This document shows positions 21,504 through 31,150 of a stretch of 64,000 nucleotides of DNA, piece by piece. Within the stretch, counting starts at the first letter, position 1, and each line of letters begins with the position of its first letter. The notes below the pieces were generated by a model. That model was given only the letters and a program-made list of their open reading frames with translations, had not been told where the DNA came from and searched no databases. Origin of the DNA: an uncultured Chloroflexia bacterium (GTDB taxonomy: Bacteria; Chloroflexota; Limnocylindria; Limnocylindrales; CSP1-4); the NCBI GenBank assembly GCA_963776395.1, contig CAVZML010000006.1, forward strand, positions 5,312 through 69,311, given 5' to 3'. The position numbers were made by a program, and so were the translations under genes.

Positions 21504-22682
21504 ATGGCTATTTGGAGGAAGCTACATTCGACAATGACTTCATCTCTATTGGATCGTTCTCAATATCCATGCCTCCGCGACAGTGTGTATCTGAATCAAG
21601 CATCGTTGGGATTGATTGGCCAGCCAGCAGTCGCTGCGATGCACAACTTCCTTGAGAATGTGGCGAGGCATGGCAATCTCTTTATGTCGGACAGCGATGA
21701 GATCAACTACGGGCATGCCCTTAGGGGAGTTGCCGGCAGATTGTTTCATAACGATCCATCTCGCATCGCCATTCTTGCGAGTGCGAGCGAACTGCTGGGA
21801 CAATTTCCTCTGCTACTTCGTCTCAAACCCAATGCCACAATTCTTGCAGTTTCCTCCGACTTTCCCGCAGTCACTCGCCCGTGGATTCGCCAGTCCTATT
21901 TTGAAAAAATCCATGTTCGTTTTGTCGATGATCTTCCTGATCGTGATCTGACAGACGCCATCATTAACGCCATAGACGAAACCACGGGTGTCATAGCTGT
22001 TGGCAGTGTGCAATACGCTACAGGCACCCTCGTGGACGTTAGTCGCGTGGCCAGAAGTGCTCAGAAGGTGGGCGCATTCCTGATCGTTGACGCGACCCAA
22101 GCGGCCGGTGCAATGCTGGTGGATACCTCGACGTTCGAAGCTGCTGCGGTGGTTACCAGTGGTTATAAGTGGTTGGGCGGACATGGGGGCGTCGCTTTGG
22201 CAGTCGTGTCTGAGTCCTTACTGAAACAGCTTCCGATTTTGCCGGGCTGGATGGGCGCCCCTGATGCTTTTGACTTCGACGCTAAATCAGTTTCCTTCGC
22301 GTCCGATGCTCGGCGCTTCACGCAGTCCACCATGTCCTATGTCTCGATAGCGGGTCTCACTGTTTCTATCGAACAGCTGTTGTCCCTCGGGGAGAACCGA
22401 ATTGAAGCGCATGCACATCAATTGGCCGCGCTGCTGGTTGATGGCGCTCGCGAATATGGCTGGGAACCGTTTCATGACGTTCATGGTGTGGCCGCATCTC
22501 CTCACATCATCTCGCTTGCACACAGCCGAAAGAGCGCACGGGAAACCGTGGAGAAACTCCGCGACCAGAGGATTATATGTTCGGCGCGCGGCGAACGGAT
22601 CCGAGTATCCCTTGCTCCTTACAACGATGCAGGTGACGTGATGAAGCTTTTTCAGGCGCTCGCGGGGTTTCATTCCGCATGA
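21504..22682 (+). CDS. Class-V aminotransferase-fold PLP-dependent enzyme (cysteine desulfurase / selenocysteine lyase-like), intact copy B
   Basis: 392-aa ORF with a class-V fold pattern, including SGYKWLGG (candidate PLP lysine). Confidence 0.75.
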   Translation: MAIWRKLHSTMTSSLLDRSQYPCLRDSVYLNQASLGLIGQPAVAAMHNFLENVARHGNLFMSDSDEINYGHALRGVAGRLFHNDPSRIAILASASELLGQFPLLLRLKPNATILAVSSDFPAVTRPWIRQSYFEKIHVRFVDDLPDRDLTDAIINAIDETTGVIAVGSVQYATGTLVDVSRVARSAQKVGAFLIVDATQAAGAMLVDTSTFEAAAVVTSGYKWLGGHGGVALAVVSESLLKQLPILPGWMGAPDAFDFDAKSVSFASDARRFTQSTMSYVSIAGLTVSIEQLLSLGENRIEAHAHQLAALLVDGAREYGWEPFHDVHGVAASPHIISLAHSRKSARETVEKLRDQRIICSARGERIRVSLAPYNDAGDVMKLFQALAGFHSA

Positions 22683-22867
22683 GCTCCCGCGATAGCGTTC
22701 ATGGAGAGAATGCCACCCCTCAGGGCAGCCCACTTGTGGGCAGAAGAAGGAGCACGAAAAGGCCCTCAAGAGTAAAGAAAGAGAGAGCAGCCGCAAACGA
22801 CCGCCAGTTCCTCTCCGAGAGGAGGAAGCGCTCTGAGGCAATGTTGGCCCGTATGACCTGAAAACGA

Positions 22868-22944
22868 TGGTAGGCCCGTGGGGACTCGAACCCCAGACCT
22901 CTACCGTGTCAAGGTAGCGCTCTAACCAACTGAGCTACGGGCCT
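22868..22944 (-). tRNA. tRNA-Val (anticodon GAC)
   Basis: Folded by hand into a 77-nt cloverleaf: acceptor AGGCCCG/CGGGCCT, D-arm GCTC-AGTTGGTTA-GAGC, anticodon arm CTACC-TTGACAC-GGTAG, T-arm TGGGG-TTCGAGT-CCCCA, discriminator A and an encoded CCA. Confidence 0.92.
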
Positions 22945-22995
22945 AATGGTGCAAAATCATTCAGTTAGGCAACCTCGATTGTAACCCACGTCCAG

Positions 22996-23021
22996 GTTGG
23001 TGCACAAATTGGTGCACACCT
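22996..23021 (+). repeat. 26-bp direct repeat, left copy (GTTGGTGCACAAATTGGTGCACACCT)
   Basis: Matches 37328-37353 with 2 mismatches. Contains two GTGCAC palindromes 12 bp apart. Lies 51 bp from the 5' end of the tRNA. Confidence 0.7.
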
Positions 23022-23270
23022 TTCTGAATTTCTTGTGTAGCGACTCCCACCAAAGCTTGCCGCTGTGCTTCCGGTCGGATACCCAAATTCCCGACAAGTC
23101 GGAAGTCATCCCGCAACTTCTTCTCGACCGTGAAGTTTGTTTACGCGCTAAGGCGTGTTCTTGCCTGTTGAGTCTGGTGCCTGAAGCTCCGAGCGGTACG
23201 AGCCGCTTGTCCGTTTGCTGAGGCTTATCAACTGGCAGCTGCGACGGATGACGCCCCTGAACTACGTGGC

Positions 23271-26211
23271 TCAGCTTTCATCCTCTTTGTAGTCATCTTC
23301 ATCGTCATCACAACAGCAGGGGTATCCTTGCTGGCAACCACTCTGCTTGTGGTGCTGTTCGCAACACCCCTTACGGCAGTCCTCACAATCTTCCTTGCAG
23401 CGGCAGTCACTCCAGATGGTGTAAGCGAGCACTTCCAGAGTCTTGATGGGAGTAATCGGATCGTCGCTCTCAATGACCAGCTCGCAACATCTCGGGCACT
23501 TTTCGGTTGCTTTGTATCGAATGACGACGCTCAGGCACGAACCCGGGTGCAACGTCGCTGGGAAAGGATTGTTGATCAACTTCCAATGGCGGTTCTTCCG
23601 CTTGAACGCAACGCTGGTCACGTGCAGGGGGCACTGGCCCACGTTACAAATGGATAGAGTGCGGTCTGCACAGCAGCAAGCCTTCACCCCGCCGAAGTGC
23701 GTCGAGCCGGTCACAGCGAGCTTGCCGGAAGGAGCGTTGCCTGACACAGCGATTGTCTTTGGACCGGCGGGATCATTGCTGAACACGGTGATCGTAGCCG
23801 ACTGTGCGCCGTGGACGGCGGGCTGAAAGCGGATCGGTACTTCAATGGCAGTGCCCGCCTCGACCGTGAACGGGAAAACCAGCACGCTCGGGACTAGGAA
23901 CTCGCCGGACGACGAAGTAATACTGTTCACGGAAAGCGTGCAATGCCCGGCATTGCACAAGGTCACCGGTCCGTCTGCGAAGGAACCGATGCAGACATTC
24001 CCGAACTCGCCCGAATCGGCCACCATCGTGACGAGCCTTGGTGCAGGCGCGCTGCCCGAAACCTGGATAACCTTGGGACTCTTCAAGTCGTCGCTGGTTA
24101 CTGTGATCTTAGCAAGGTGCGTGCCGACGCTGGTGGGTTTGAAGCGGATCGGGATCTCGATTGAGTCGCCTGCGCCCAGGGCCAACGGGCTAGACAACAC
24201 CGAGGGAACCTGGAATTCCCCTGACGAGGAACTGATTCCGAAGATCGACAGTTGGCAGGCCCCGTTGTTGTTGAGCGTGAGTTCCATATCCATGAACCCG
24301 CCGACGCAAACATCGCCGAAGTTCCCGCTATCGGCGATTACGGTTTCTAGCGAGCCCGTTCCACGAGTGCCGCTGGTCTTGACATCGAAGTGTGGTGTGA
24401 CCGGGTCGTTGCTGGTGATTCGGATCGTGGCGGTCTCGAGAACACCTCGCTTCGTAGGCTCGAAGACAACAGTGAAATCCACATGATCGGTTGGGCTGAT
24501 CGTCAGAGGCGTGACTGGATTTGGAAGCACTGTGAAGTCGGGCGAACCCGAAAGGAGCGCAACGCTGTCAACAATCAGGTCAGTATTACCAACGTTGAAG
24601 ACTTCTATGGTCAAGAATTGGGGCTCGCTGCAAACGGTTCCGAAGAGCAGATCGTCCTGCAGGTTGACGGCGATTGCGGGATCAGCCGCGACAATGTTGA
24701 CGACAACCGGGTCAGAAGGAATTCCGTTCGCAATCACCGTCATGTTATACACGCCAGTCGGCATTGCCGACGGAATGTCGATGATAGTGGTGTGAACATT
24801 AGGGCCCGGCGCAATGCCCATGGTTGAGTAGTCATGCGTGCGCGCGTAAACCACTGTGCTGCTTGTTGTGCTGGTCAGCCTCACGATGGGGTAGTTGGTC
24901 GCCATCTGTGCGTCGTCCCCATAGCTGCACGCCTGCGTCAATCCGTTGATCTGCTTGCCCGAAACCGTGTAATGGTGCCCGAAGGCCATGATCGAGGTGA
25001 ATCCGGTGATGACGGGTTTCCAGGCAGCCTTGGGCGCGGGATCGGCAGGATCCGCATTGAAGATACCAATCGAGTTGATAAACATCGACGCAAACAGAAC
25101 CTGCCCGGTCGGCAGCAACAAGAACCGCGTGGCCCACGTATCGTCCGTGTTGTTGGTGGGCTGTTGAGACGAGGGAAGCTGTTTGAGAACATTCGTGGAA
25201 GGATCATATTCAAAGAGCCTGGTAGGGCCGGACCAGAAAGGATTGGCCCCTCCTTCATTCTTAGTGTTTCCGGCCACGCACAACACTTTGCCGCTTGGGA
25301 GGAGACATCCCGGTGCATCGATATTGGTCATCAGCGGGTTGATCGGACTAGCCGAGGAGTCTGCGGGAAAGTCAGGACCGGCGGACCAACCAGTGCCAGG
25401 CGTGTAGATGCCTGTGTGGCCCGTACCACCGATCGCAAGCAGCTTGCCATTCGGCAGAAGAATACTGGGGCCGAGTTCATTGACCGTAGCGGTCGTAGGA
25501 GGGCTCGTGGAATTTCGGTAACAACCGGCAAGGCTAGATTCGGAGGGTGGGACCCACGAGAGTCCAGAGATCGGTGGCCGGATCATAGATCTCAGTAGTT
25601 TGGGGATTGTTGGAAATATCAATCGCCATCACGGTGCCATCCTGAAGCAACGTCCAGGTTTCCTCGTTGCAACTTCCGGTTTTCGAAGACGGCGCACCCG
25701 GTGTAAATCCCAGTCCGGCTTCCGTCCAAGAATCACTTGCCGGGTCCCATATTGCAGTTCTGAACGTATTCAGGGATCCGAGAAGCACGCGCCCATCGGC
25801 GAGGATGCAGCCCGCGGCATCCCCCGCCACCCAGTTGAACGCGGCGGGTTTGTTCATGGGCGACCACTTATTGGTCAGAGGATCGAAGATTTCACCGAGT
25901 GGAGAATCAGATGGCGCCGAAGGATCGTCGGAGGTCTCTCCACCAATCACGTAGACTCTCCCGTCCCGAAACACACCAGAGGAGAAATACTGCCGCGCGT
26001 TAGCCATATGAATAACCGCTGACCATGATCCCGTTTCATACTTACCTTGGGCATCCGGGGTATAGCGGTACCATTCATTCCGTGGGGTAGCGCCGGGGTT
26101 CTCGGCATTGTGAATTAATACCGATCCATCTGTGAGCAGAATCATGGTATCGGGAAAGAACGTTTTCGTGCCGAATTTCGGCGGTGTAAGGTAGGTCCAC
26201 TTTACGGCCAT
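23271..26211 (-). CDS. Large kelch/galactose-oxidase-like protein with four Ig-like repeats and a Cys/Asp-rich tail (one frameshift near 25540-25620)
   Basis: ORF 25534-26211 plus ORF 23271-25622. Repeated kelch-like blades (DGRVYVIGG, DGRVLLGS, NGKLLAIGG, SGKVLCVAG, TGQVLFAS) are followed by a galactose-oxidase C-terminal-like Ig domain (YPIVRLTS...VYNMTVIANGIPS). Then come four ~105-aa repeats of pattern FG.VC.G....L.L.N.G...L.......S.EF.VPSVL......G..I..PI.F.P. The tail is CRCKEDCEDCRKGCCEQHHKQSGCQQGYPCCCDDDEDD. Confidence 0.7.
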
Positions 26212-26576
26212 ATTTTCTCCTGTCGACAGGGTCCCCGATTTTTGTGGGCGTACTTCTCCCGACAGAATTTCGGGTTCTAGTGCGCGCCCTTAAGGTGCTG
26301 TGAACTCCTCTGCCCATTTCTTGCTCTGGCTAGGGCGACTCGCAGCAATGGAAAGAGGCACTGCAAGACACGAGCCAACTCGGAGCGGAAAAAACGCCAT
26401 TCGACGTTCCCCGCGTTTGCTATGACATACAGCTCCGGGAACCTAATTCAGACCGATCGCTCGTTCGTTTTCGCTTGGTGGGCCTACCGGAATAGATAGT
26501 GGCGACTATCCGTTCCGCTAGTGTCCTGTAACTTGAATAAGTGAAACAAATATCGCGATCCGTGCGAATTGCTCTA

Positions 26577-26962
26577 TAAGGAGGAGAGCATCGCGCTGGA
26601 CGACCCAAGACCACTCTGAAATTGAATGAGGACGAGGAACGCGAATTCCCATCTCTGGCTCACCGATCACGCTCGGCACCGAAGCTGGCGCGCCGCGCGC
26701 GCATTGTGCTGGCTTGCGCCACGGAGGGAGTGACAACAAAACGGTGGCGCGCCAGGTGCACATCAACCCCGGAACGGTCGGCAAGGGGCGCAACCGATTC
26801 CTGCAGGACCGCCGCGAGGGGCCGTTTGAAGGGCTCGGTTTTTCGTACCAGGAACTCGCCAAGCTCTCCGACCCTGCCGTTCGCAAGACTGTCGGGATCG
26901 GCGCATACTCGCCCAAAATCATGACTTTGGGCAATCAGAAGTTTGAGAATTCGCGCTTGTAG
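26577..26962 (+). pseudogene. IS630-type transposase N-terminal HTH remnant
   Basis: GRPKTTLKLNEDEERE...RSRSAPKLARRARIVLACATEG, then (frame change) VARQVHINPGTVGK.RNRFLQDR.EG. This is the typical pattern of IS630-family HTH domains. There is no start codon and no DDE domain. Confidence 0.5.
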
Positions 26963-27909
26963 ATTCATCAATTTAGACAAGGGGCGTGAGGAGGTTTTTG
27001 GGCAGCCCTGATCGCTGCAAGGTGTTCACAAAACAGAATATCGAACACCATGTCGCACGAAGATGTTATGTGAATTTCAACGGGTTGGGGCAACCTGGAT
27101 AGGAAGGATATTTGAACGTGCGAACCGAGATTGTGGAATCGACACGGAATACTACTGGCGACCTATTTTGGACGAAGCGCAATTCCAGATCGCCCAGGAC
27201 CGGTTGTTTGCCTACGTGGGCAATTCGCTCATGGCTGATGTGGCGAAGGCCGGTCAACTCGCATCTTTCGTGGAGGAAAGCGATCGATTTTTCATCCCGC
27301 CGCCACACGGAGCTTTAAACAGCGCTCGACATGACCACTGTCCAAGGTGACCTTCGGGCCGCTCGACTGCGTGGTCATCAACCGCCATCGATTATTACAA
27401 GGATCTCAGCGGGATGGACCGAAGAAAGAGGGATCCGCGTGAACCATGGCATGGGACATCAACACCCGCAGAAGCCAACTATGTCCGTTTCCGACCGGAT
27501 TCGGGGTCAATCGAGGAATTCCTCCGAGGCATTTTCGATAAGGAGACTAGAAGGAAGCCGCTAGGTGGTTGCGGCGGATGCGTTGAGCTATGGGGATTTG
27601 CACGGACACTTTTCTGGCCAAGGCATTTCCGATCAAGGCTAGCGACAATCCGCACAAGATCTGACTGTGGCTTCCCTCATCGCAGGTCTCGCCCTGAGAA
27701 AAGCCCGCAGGATCGCTCTCAAAATCTCTTGTAATGCTTTTGGCTACGGCAGTACGAATAACAGGTTCTCGATTGGCCATTTCGCTCGTAAACTGAAATG
27801 AAACGAACCCGACATCCTGAGCACTATTTAACATTAAGACAAAGATGGAGCTAGCCTGAGTGATCGGCTACTGATAACGGCGGCTTTCGTTCGAACAAGT
27901 AGTGGACTC

Positions 27910-28200
27910 GTGGATAAACGTATCAAGATCGCCTTGGAAATCATGTGCCGCTCTTCCGCTGGGGCTCTCACAGTCTCCGACGTGGCCGCAGAAGTCGGGC
28001 TGAGCCCCTCCCGCTTTGAGCATATTTTGAAAGACGCGACCGGACGAACTTTCCGGCAACATAAACGTAGCGGACGCATCACGCGAGCGAAGACACTTCT
28101 TCAAAACTGACACTTGTCATTGAAGGAGATTGCCTATCTGCACCGGTTACTCCTTCGCCTTCGAGTTTCTCTCGCGCATTCCGCCGCTCGGTTTACCGAT
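27910..28200 (+). pseudogene. AraC-type HTH fragment (frameshifted, no sensor domain)
   Basis: LTVSDVAAEVGLSPSRFEHILKDATGRTFRQH...RITRAKTLLQN is followed by a stop, then SLKEIAY..TGYS.A.EF-like second-helix remnants in other frames. Confidence 0.5.
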
Positions 28201-28452
28201 CACCGTCACAATATCGAATTGGTGCTACTTATCGGGCGGCTAAGCGACCCCTTTGAAACACAGCAGGTCAAGTCAAGACGTAGCAGATTCGGTCAAGCGA
28301 TTCTCGTTGGCGCGGAGGCCTCCGCACCGTATATTCGCGCACTCGAAGGTTGCCCCCGAATGTTGTTGGCGAAAATCGACGGTGGACAAATCAGGTTCGT
28401 GAGTTAAGCAGCTGAGGCGCCTGCACATGTTGCAGGTTGCAAGGAGGAACAG

Positions 28453-28803
28453 ATGGCCCAGGCCGTATCCATTTCACTAAGTAAGTTTACCAGTTCGGTG
28501 CAAGCCGCGGTGAAGGCGGCCATCGCAAAGCATCCCAAATTTAAGGTTGAGGTGCCTCAGGGCGTGACCGTGGCCTTCTTAATCCGTGGTTTTCCCGTGC
28601 CCGACAGCATCGTATCGAACGTAACATTGGGCGAAACGCAGGCGTTCGCGAACGATGTCGCCGCGCAGATTGCCGGTTCACACCCGGAAGCTTTCGCTCT
28701 GACAAAATCGGGCCAAGCAACCGAAGGAGCCGTGCTATCGGTGGGCCGTCACGTAATCTGTGGGATTCCGCCTGTGACTCAGGTCTTTGAAATGGAGAAA
28801 TAG
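28453..28803 (+). CDS. Hypothetical protein (116 aa)
   Basis: Strong RBS aaggagga 5 nt upstream of the ATG, and an intact ORF. No family recognised. Confidence 0.55.
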   Translation: MAQAVSISLSKFTSSVQAAVKAAIAKHPKFKVEVPQGVTVAFLIRGFPVPDSIVSNVTLGETQAFANDVAAQIAGSHPEAFALTKSGQATEGAVLSVGRHVICGIPPVTQVFEMEK

Positions 28804-29243
28804 TGGGAGAGCGCGTGTCAAAGCTTTGTCCCAGCGCGCAGCCTGGCATGGATCAGTGCACGGTCTTAGGTGTAGTCCAGCATCAAGGTCCGAGACCAAT
28901 GCTGGAATATCTTAAGGAACCTGTATCTGCCAGCCCAGACATTCTGGCGATGGCCGCTCCGTTGAAACCAACCGAAGTCTTTCGCCTGTCTGCGACCTGT
29001 GCAGAACACAAGTGCCCACATTTCGATGGTGCCGATTGTCGGCTCGCCACCAGAGTAGTGCGCATTTTGCCAGCCGTAGTCGACATCTTGCCACCTTGTA
29101 TCATTCGCAAGGGATGCCGGTGGTATTTCCAGGAGGGTGGTGCTGCGTGCAAGCGGTGTCCTGAGATCACAACCGTGACCTATGATCTGTCGGCGCAACT
29201 CGAAGAGGTTTCCGGGCTCCCAGTGATTGAGGAAACAACGTAA
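28803..29243 (+). CDS. Hypothetical Cys-rich protein (146 aa)
   Basis: The GTG start overlaps the stop of the upstream ORF. About 10 Cys, including CAEHKCPHFDGADC and CKRC. No family recognised. Confidence 0.5.
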   Translation: MGERVSKLCPSAQPGMDQCTVLGVVQHQGPRPMLEYLKEPVSASPDILAMAAPLKPTEVFRLSATCAEHKCPHFDGADCRLATRVVRILPAVVDILPPCIIRKGCRWYFQEGGAACKRCPEITTVTYDLSAQLEEVSGLPVIEETT

Positions 29244-29480
29244 ACGCGATTAGTCCAGATGGTTTCCTGGCTGCTGGTCAACCCACAGAACGTGACGTTG
29301 CATGAAGATCCTCTTCAAGCTCCACCTTTACCGTCGTAGGTCGCAGTGGTATATGCGCCCGCCGAGCACAAAGAGATTGCACCCTTCGCAAACCGGAGCG
29401 GCGTGTGCCTTGTTGGCTCCTTTGATGTTTTCCTGTCCAAGGTCAAAAGGATATGTGGGTCATTTGAAGGGAGGCCTAAC

Positions 29481-30227
29481 ATGGCTATTGCAAAATACAG
29501 TTTTGCTGCGAATGGATGGATTGGCCCGGTTGTGGAGGGTAGAAATAGGTTCGACTGGAAAATAGCGAAGACGAGAAATCCGATTTGCTTCCTTGTCTTG
29601 CCTCAGCTGGCCCTCCGTTTAGTTGTGATGGTCGCCGTCTGTGGGGCAGGCATAGCTCAAGCCGCTAGCTGCATTCCAGGTAGCCAGGCCGTACCTGCTG
29701 GCTCTTACCTCCAAACATGCAGTGGAGCCTCCGTTTCCGGCACCACCTTGAGGGCCGACTGCAAGGAGGTCACGGGCTCCGCACACACAGGCAGCGAGCT
29801 TCGTGACTGCCAGAATTGTCTGCCTCAATCGGACATCGCCAACTATAACGGTGAGTTGCATTGCAGCAAGGGGAATATGCCTTTCTCTGGCTCCTACATG
29901 CAGACCTGTCGCTTCATTTATGTCATCGGCACCACGCTCATCGCCGATTGCAAGGAGGATTCGGGTCGATGGCACGGTGCAGTGCAGCTACCCAACATGT
30001 TGAGTTGTTTGAACGGCTCCATTATCAACGTTTCTGGTGTTCTTCAGTGCAGCTCGGCACCACCTCCGGGCGGCTCCTACAAGCAGTCCTGTGATGATAT
30101 TTGGTACTTCGATGGCGTCTTGCATGCCCGTTGCAGGACGACATCAGGCAACCGGAACTCAACGCAGTCGAAGGCATCGCCAGGGTCAGCCTGTAGCAAT
30201 CAGAACGGCAACTTGCAGTGTCAATAA
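29481..30227 (+). CDS. Secreted CVNH-like (cyanovirin-N homology) lectin-repeat protein
   Basis: RBS gaagggagg before the ATG at 29481, and a hydrophobic signal-like segment (LRLVVMVAVCGAGIAQAAS). Three ~55-aa repeats have the pattern SY.QTC......GTTL.A.C....G.......L......I.N..G.L.C, resembling cyanovirin half-domains. Confidence 0.6.
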   Translation: MAIAKYSFAANGWIGPVVEGRNRFDWKIAKTRNPICFLVLPQLALRLVVMVAVCGAGIAQAASCIPGSQAVPAGSYLQTCSGASVSGTTLRADCKEVTGSAHTGSELRDCQNCLPQSDIANYNGELHCSKGNMPFSGSYMQTCRFIYVIGTTLIADCKEDSGRWHGAVQLPNMLSCLNGSIINVSGVLQCSSAPPPGGSYKQSCDDIWYFDGVLHARCRTTSGNRNSTQSKASPGSACSNQNGNLQCQ

Positions 30228-30520
30228 ACTCCCCAATTGCAGTACTGCAAAAATGGCCGGGTGCGACACCAAGGTCAAACCGTTTGACCCGTCCTGCTGA
30301 GCCATCTCCTTAGGTTGAGCCACGCTGAATTGTCGATTGAGCTCACCTGAACCTGTCAACGAATCTGCCGGAAGAAGACGTTCGCCAACCCAGATCGGTA
30401 AATGCGCAAGTGATAATTGCACGTCGACGAATTCGAGGCAATAAGCGTTATCGGCCGCGACTTTGACTTTTGACTGTAGGTCGCTTCACGCGCTTCTTCA
30501 TGTAGAATGACTCCATTCTG

Positions 30521-31150
30521 GTGCGGAGTTCGGCGGCTGGCATGGCAGAGCTCAAGAAGGACTGGGTATTAAACCCAGGGGCGTTTCAGCGTCTTCTCGA
30601 ATGGCTGGACCGCGGTGGAGATTCGGCCGGACACGGGTACCTTGAAGTGCGCCGACGGCTCACGGCATATTTCGATCGAAAAAACTGTCACTCATCCGAC
30701 GAATTGGCTGACGAAACGCTCAATCGCATTGCTCGCAAACTCGAAGAAAAGGGCACTATCATTGACGTATCTCCGCTTCACTATTGCTATATCGTGGCTA
30801 AGTTTGTTTTCCTGGAAAGCTTTCGCCGCGCCAAACTTAGGGAGAACCGCACCACGGAGTTCTTGGCTTCTGATTGCCACTCCCTGGATTCCGCTGCGGC
30901 TTTCGAACTGAGCGCCGGGGACTCGAAGGAAAAGCTGTTCGGCTGCCTCGAGGAATGCTTGAATAAACTGGCGGTCGAGGATCGCGAACTCATTCTAGAG
31001 TACTATCGCGGCGGACAGCGGGTGAAGATCGAGCGGCGGTCCGAACTTGCCAATCGTCTCGGCCTCACGGCGAACGCACTCTGCATTCGGGCATGTCGCA
31101 TTCGTAACAAACTGGAGGCTTGCGTAAAAACCTGTTCGAGCAGGAAATGA
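30521..31150 (+). CDS. ECF-type sigma-70 family factor
   Basis: 209 aa with a region-4-like C-terminus (DRELILEYYRGG...ELANRLGLTANALCIRACRIRNKL) and a divergent region 2. Its stop overlaps the next start (ATGA at 31147-31150). Confidence 0.7.
   Translation: MRSSAAGMAELKKDWVLNPGAFQRLLEWLDRGGDSAGHGYLEVRRRLTAYFDRKNCHSSDELADETLNRIARKLEEKGTIIDVSPLHYCYIVAKFVFLESFRRAKLRENRTTEFLASDCHSLDSAAAFELSAGDSKEKLFGCLEECLNKLAVEDRELILEYYRGGQRVKIERRSELANRLGLTANALCIRACRIRNKLEACVKTCSSRK

Noticed and set aside
22997-23221. 74-aa ORF (MVHKLVHT...) and its counterpart ORF 37136-37351 (MCTKMCTN...), considered as integrase remnants
   Set aside because: The shared peptide-like strings arise from the 26-bp DNA repeat read in different frames. 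I could not find any integrase motifs (R..H.R..Y) in any frame.
27063-27834. Short ORFs 27063-27350 (+), 27331-27564 (+) and 27547-27834 (-)
   Set aside because: They have no RBS, no motifs and no conservation signal that I can see. The region is flanked by IS630 and AraC debris, so these may be remnants rather than genes.
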